A DNA stretch of 64,000 bases from the human T2T-CHM13v2.0 reference genome, Homo sapiens, in the NCBI RefSeq assembly GCF_009914755.1, contig NC_060927.1; one strand, 5' to 3'. This document shows, piece by piece, positions 61,451 to 64,000 of this stretch. The position numbers and the translations under genes were made by a program. The notes beneath the pieces were generated by a model, which was not told the origin of the DNA, ran no database searches, and saw only the letters and a list, made by a program, of their open reading frames with translations. Each line of letters starts with the position of its first letter. The stretch's first letter is position 1.

Positions 61451-64000
61451 CATGAAATATCAAAGTTTACAAACTATATATTATGTACTGTACATAAAAT
61501 ATCAAACTACCCAAGGTATATATTCTATACTGTACAAAAAATATCAAAGTACCCAAAGCATGTATTATATAATGTACATAAAATATGAAAGTACATCAAA
61601 TATATATTTTATTCTGTACATAAAATATCAAAGAACACCAGATATATATTCTATAGTGTACATAAAATATCAAAGTACCCAAACTATACATTATATACTG
61701 TACATAAAATATGAAATTACATCAAATATATATTATATTAGGTACATAAAATATGAAAGTACATCAAATATAGATTATATACTGTAAATATAATATCAAT
61801 GTACCCCAAATATATATTTTATACTCTACATGAAATATCAAAGTTCACAAACCATATATTATATACTGTACATAAAATATCAAAGTACCCAAGGTATATA
61901 TTCTATACTGTACAAAAAATATCAACGTACCCAAAGCATGTATTATATACTATACCTAAAATATGAAAGTACATCAAATATTTATTTTATTCTGTACATA
62001 AAATATCAAAGTACACCAGATATATATTCTACAGTGTACATAAAATATCAAAGTACCCAAACTATACATTATATACTGTACATAAAATATGAAATTACAT
62101 CAAATATATATTATATTAAGTACATAAAATACGAAAGTACATCAAATATAGATTATATACTGTACATAAAATATCAAAGTACCCCAATATATATTATATA
62201 CTGTACATGAAATATCAAAGTTCACAAACTATATATTATGTACTGTACATAAAATATCAAAGTACCCAAAGCATGTATTATATAATGTACATAAAATATG
62301 AAAGTACATCAAATATATATTTTATTCTGTACATAAAATATCAAAGTACACCAGATATATATTCTATAGCGTACATAAAATATCAAAGTACACAAACTAT
62401 ACATTATATACTGTACATAAAATATGAAATTACATCAAATATATATTATATTAGGTAAATGAAATATGAAAGTACATCAAATATAGATTATATACTGTAC
62501 ATAAAATATGAAAGAACCCCAAATACATATTATATACTCTACATGAAATATCAAAGTTCACAAACTATATATTATATACTGTACATAAAATATCAAAGTA
62601 CCCAAGGTATATATTCTATACTGTACAAAAAATATCAAAGTATCCAGAGCATGTATTATATACTGTATATAAAATATGAAAGTACATCAAATATATATTT
62701 TATTCTGTACATAAAATATCAAAGTACACCAGATATATATTCTATAGCGTACATAAAATATCAAAGTACACAAACTATACATTATATACTGTACATAAAA
62801 TATGAAATTACATCAAATATATATTATATTAGGTACATAAAATATGAAAGTACATCAAATATAGACTATATACTGTAAATATAATATCAATGTACCCCAA
62901 ATATATATTTTATACTCTACATGAAATATCAAAGTTCACAAACCATATATTATATACTGTACATAAAATATCAAAGTACCCAAGGTATATATTCTATACT
63001 GTACAAAAAATATCAAAGTACCCAAAGCATGTATTATATACTGTACATAAAATATGAAAGTACATCAAATATATATTTTATTCTGTACATAAAATATCAA
63101 AGTACACCAGATATATATTCTATAGTGTACATAAAATATCAAAGTACCCAAACTATACATTATATACTGTACATAAAATATGAAATTACATCAAATATAT
63201 ATTATATTAGGTAAATGAAATATGAAAGTACATCAAATATAGATTATATACTGTACATAAAATATGAAAGTACCCCAAATATATATTATATACTCTACAT
63301 GAAATATCAAAGTTCACAAACTATATATTATATACTGTACATAAAATATCAAAGTACCCAAGGTATATATTCTATACTGTACAAAAAATATCAAAGTATC
63401 CAAAGCATGTATTATATACTGTATATAAAATATGAAAGTACATCAAATATATATTTTATTCTGTACATAAAATATCAAAGTACACCAGATATATATTCTA
63501 TAGTGTATATAAAATATCAAAGTACCCAAACTATACATTATATACTGTACATAAAATATGAAATTACAGCAAATATATATTATATTAGGTACATAAAATA
63601 TGAAAGTACATCAAATATAGATTATATACTCTACATTAAATACCAAAGTACCCCAAATATATATTTTATACTGTACATGAAATATCAAAGTTCACAAACT
63701 ATATATTATATACTGTACATAAAATATCAATGTACCCAAGGTATATATTCTATACTGCACAAAAAATATCAAAGTACCCAAAGCATGTATTATATACTGT
63801 ATATAAAATATGAAAGTACATCAAATATATATTTTATTCTGTACATAAAATATCAAAGTACACCAGATATATATTCTATAGTGTACATAAAATATCAAAG
63901 TACCCAAACTATACATTATATACTGTACATAAAATATGAAATTACATCAAATATATATTATATTAGGTACATAAAATACGAAAGTACATCAAATATAGAT
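60030..64000 (+). repeat. Copy of ~49130-53100 at offset 10896 (10854 after a 42-bp deletion)
   Basis: Pairs 49218/60114, 49717/60613, 50556/61452 (both carry the rare aaagtttacaaa), 50934/61830 and 51311/62207, then 51605/62459 and 52067/62921. Confidence 0.82.

Larger units (their letters stand above)
1..64000 (+). repeat. Human satellite 1A (HSat1A/SAR) array: 42-bp monomers in a 9-mer 378-bp higher-order repeat, single orientation
   Basis: Continuous 42-bp periodicity, with two GTAC sites in most monomers giving 17+25 bp subunits (the classical satellite I description). The motif atgaaatatcaaagttcacaaac recurs about every 378 bp (e.g. 3840, 4218, 4596). A>T and C>G skew stays the same throughout. 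Family name is from recall of the HSat1A consensus, not from a database search. Confidence 0.95.

Noticed and set aside
65-63214. Large set of Tyr/Ile/Lys-rich + strand ORFs (60-378 aa) as protein-coding genes
   Set aside because: They are translations of a 42-bp (14-codon) satellite. Stops and 1-, 2- and 5-bp frameshifts are freely propagated among copies, and there is no non-repetitive domain or gene structure.
1-64000. CRISPR-like array (conserved gtacataaaatatcaaa repeat with variable intervening sequence)
   Set aside because: The intervening 25-mers are homologous to each other and cycle every nine units, so they are not unique spacers. There is no leader and no cas gene.
1-64000. Inversion, or Alu/L1/other insertion within the array
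   Set aside because: No switch of strand skew, no reverse-complement monomers and no non-satellite stretch were seen on reading through. Very short insertions could have been missed by eye.
1-64000. TATA-like boxes (e.g. gtatataaaa) as promoters
   Set aside because: Such motifs are expected by composition in TA-rich satellite, and no other promoter context is present.
1-64000. Alpha satellite, HSat1B, HSat2/3 or an AT-rich microbial or organellar repeat
   Set aside because: There is no 171-bp monomer or CENP-B box, no CATTC pentamers and no Alu-containing 2.4-kb unit. The 17+25 bp, 42-bp and 378-bp structure fits HSat1A.

Overview
The whole 64-kb window is one uninterrupted, single-orientation, very AT-rich tandem satellite array. 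The monomer is 42 bp (consensus approx. GTACATAAAATATCAAA+GTACCCAAACTATATATTATATACT, i.e. 17-bp and 25-bp GTAC-delimited halves). Nine distinguishable monomers (called M1-M9 here) form a 378-bp higher-order repeat (HOR). This matches human satellite 1A (HSat1A, 'SAR', classical satellite I), known from chr3, chr4 and the acrocentric short arms; the chromosome cannot be assigned from this window. I see no genes, RNA genes, transposons, inversions or CRISPR array. The Tyr/Ile/Lys-rich ORFs arise because 42 is divisible by 3 and one + strand frame of the consensus is stop-free. The informative signal is a third level of structure: recurrent HOR variants (373, 377, 536 and 583 bp; rare 441, 376 and 336 bp) and nested kb-scale duplications at offsets 751, 1133, 1707, 2045, 2263, 2419, 4126, 5646, 8191, 9472, 10896, 14839 and ~15050 bp. 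These can be traced with private SNPs and indels, and include one set of markers incompatible with a simple duplication tree. Offsets were derived by hand from the ORF track and marker positions, and block boundaries are approximate. I found no evidence of a new protein-coding or defence-type system.
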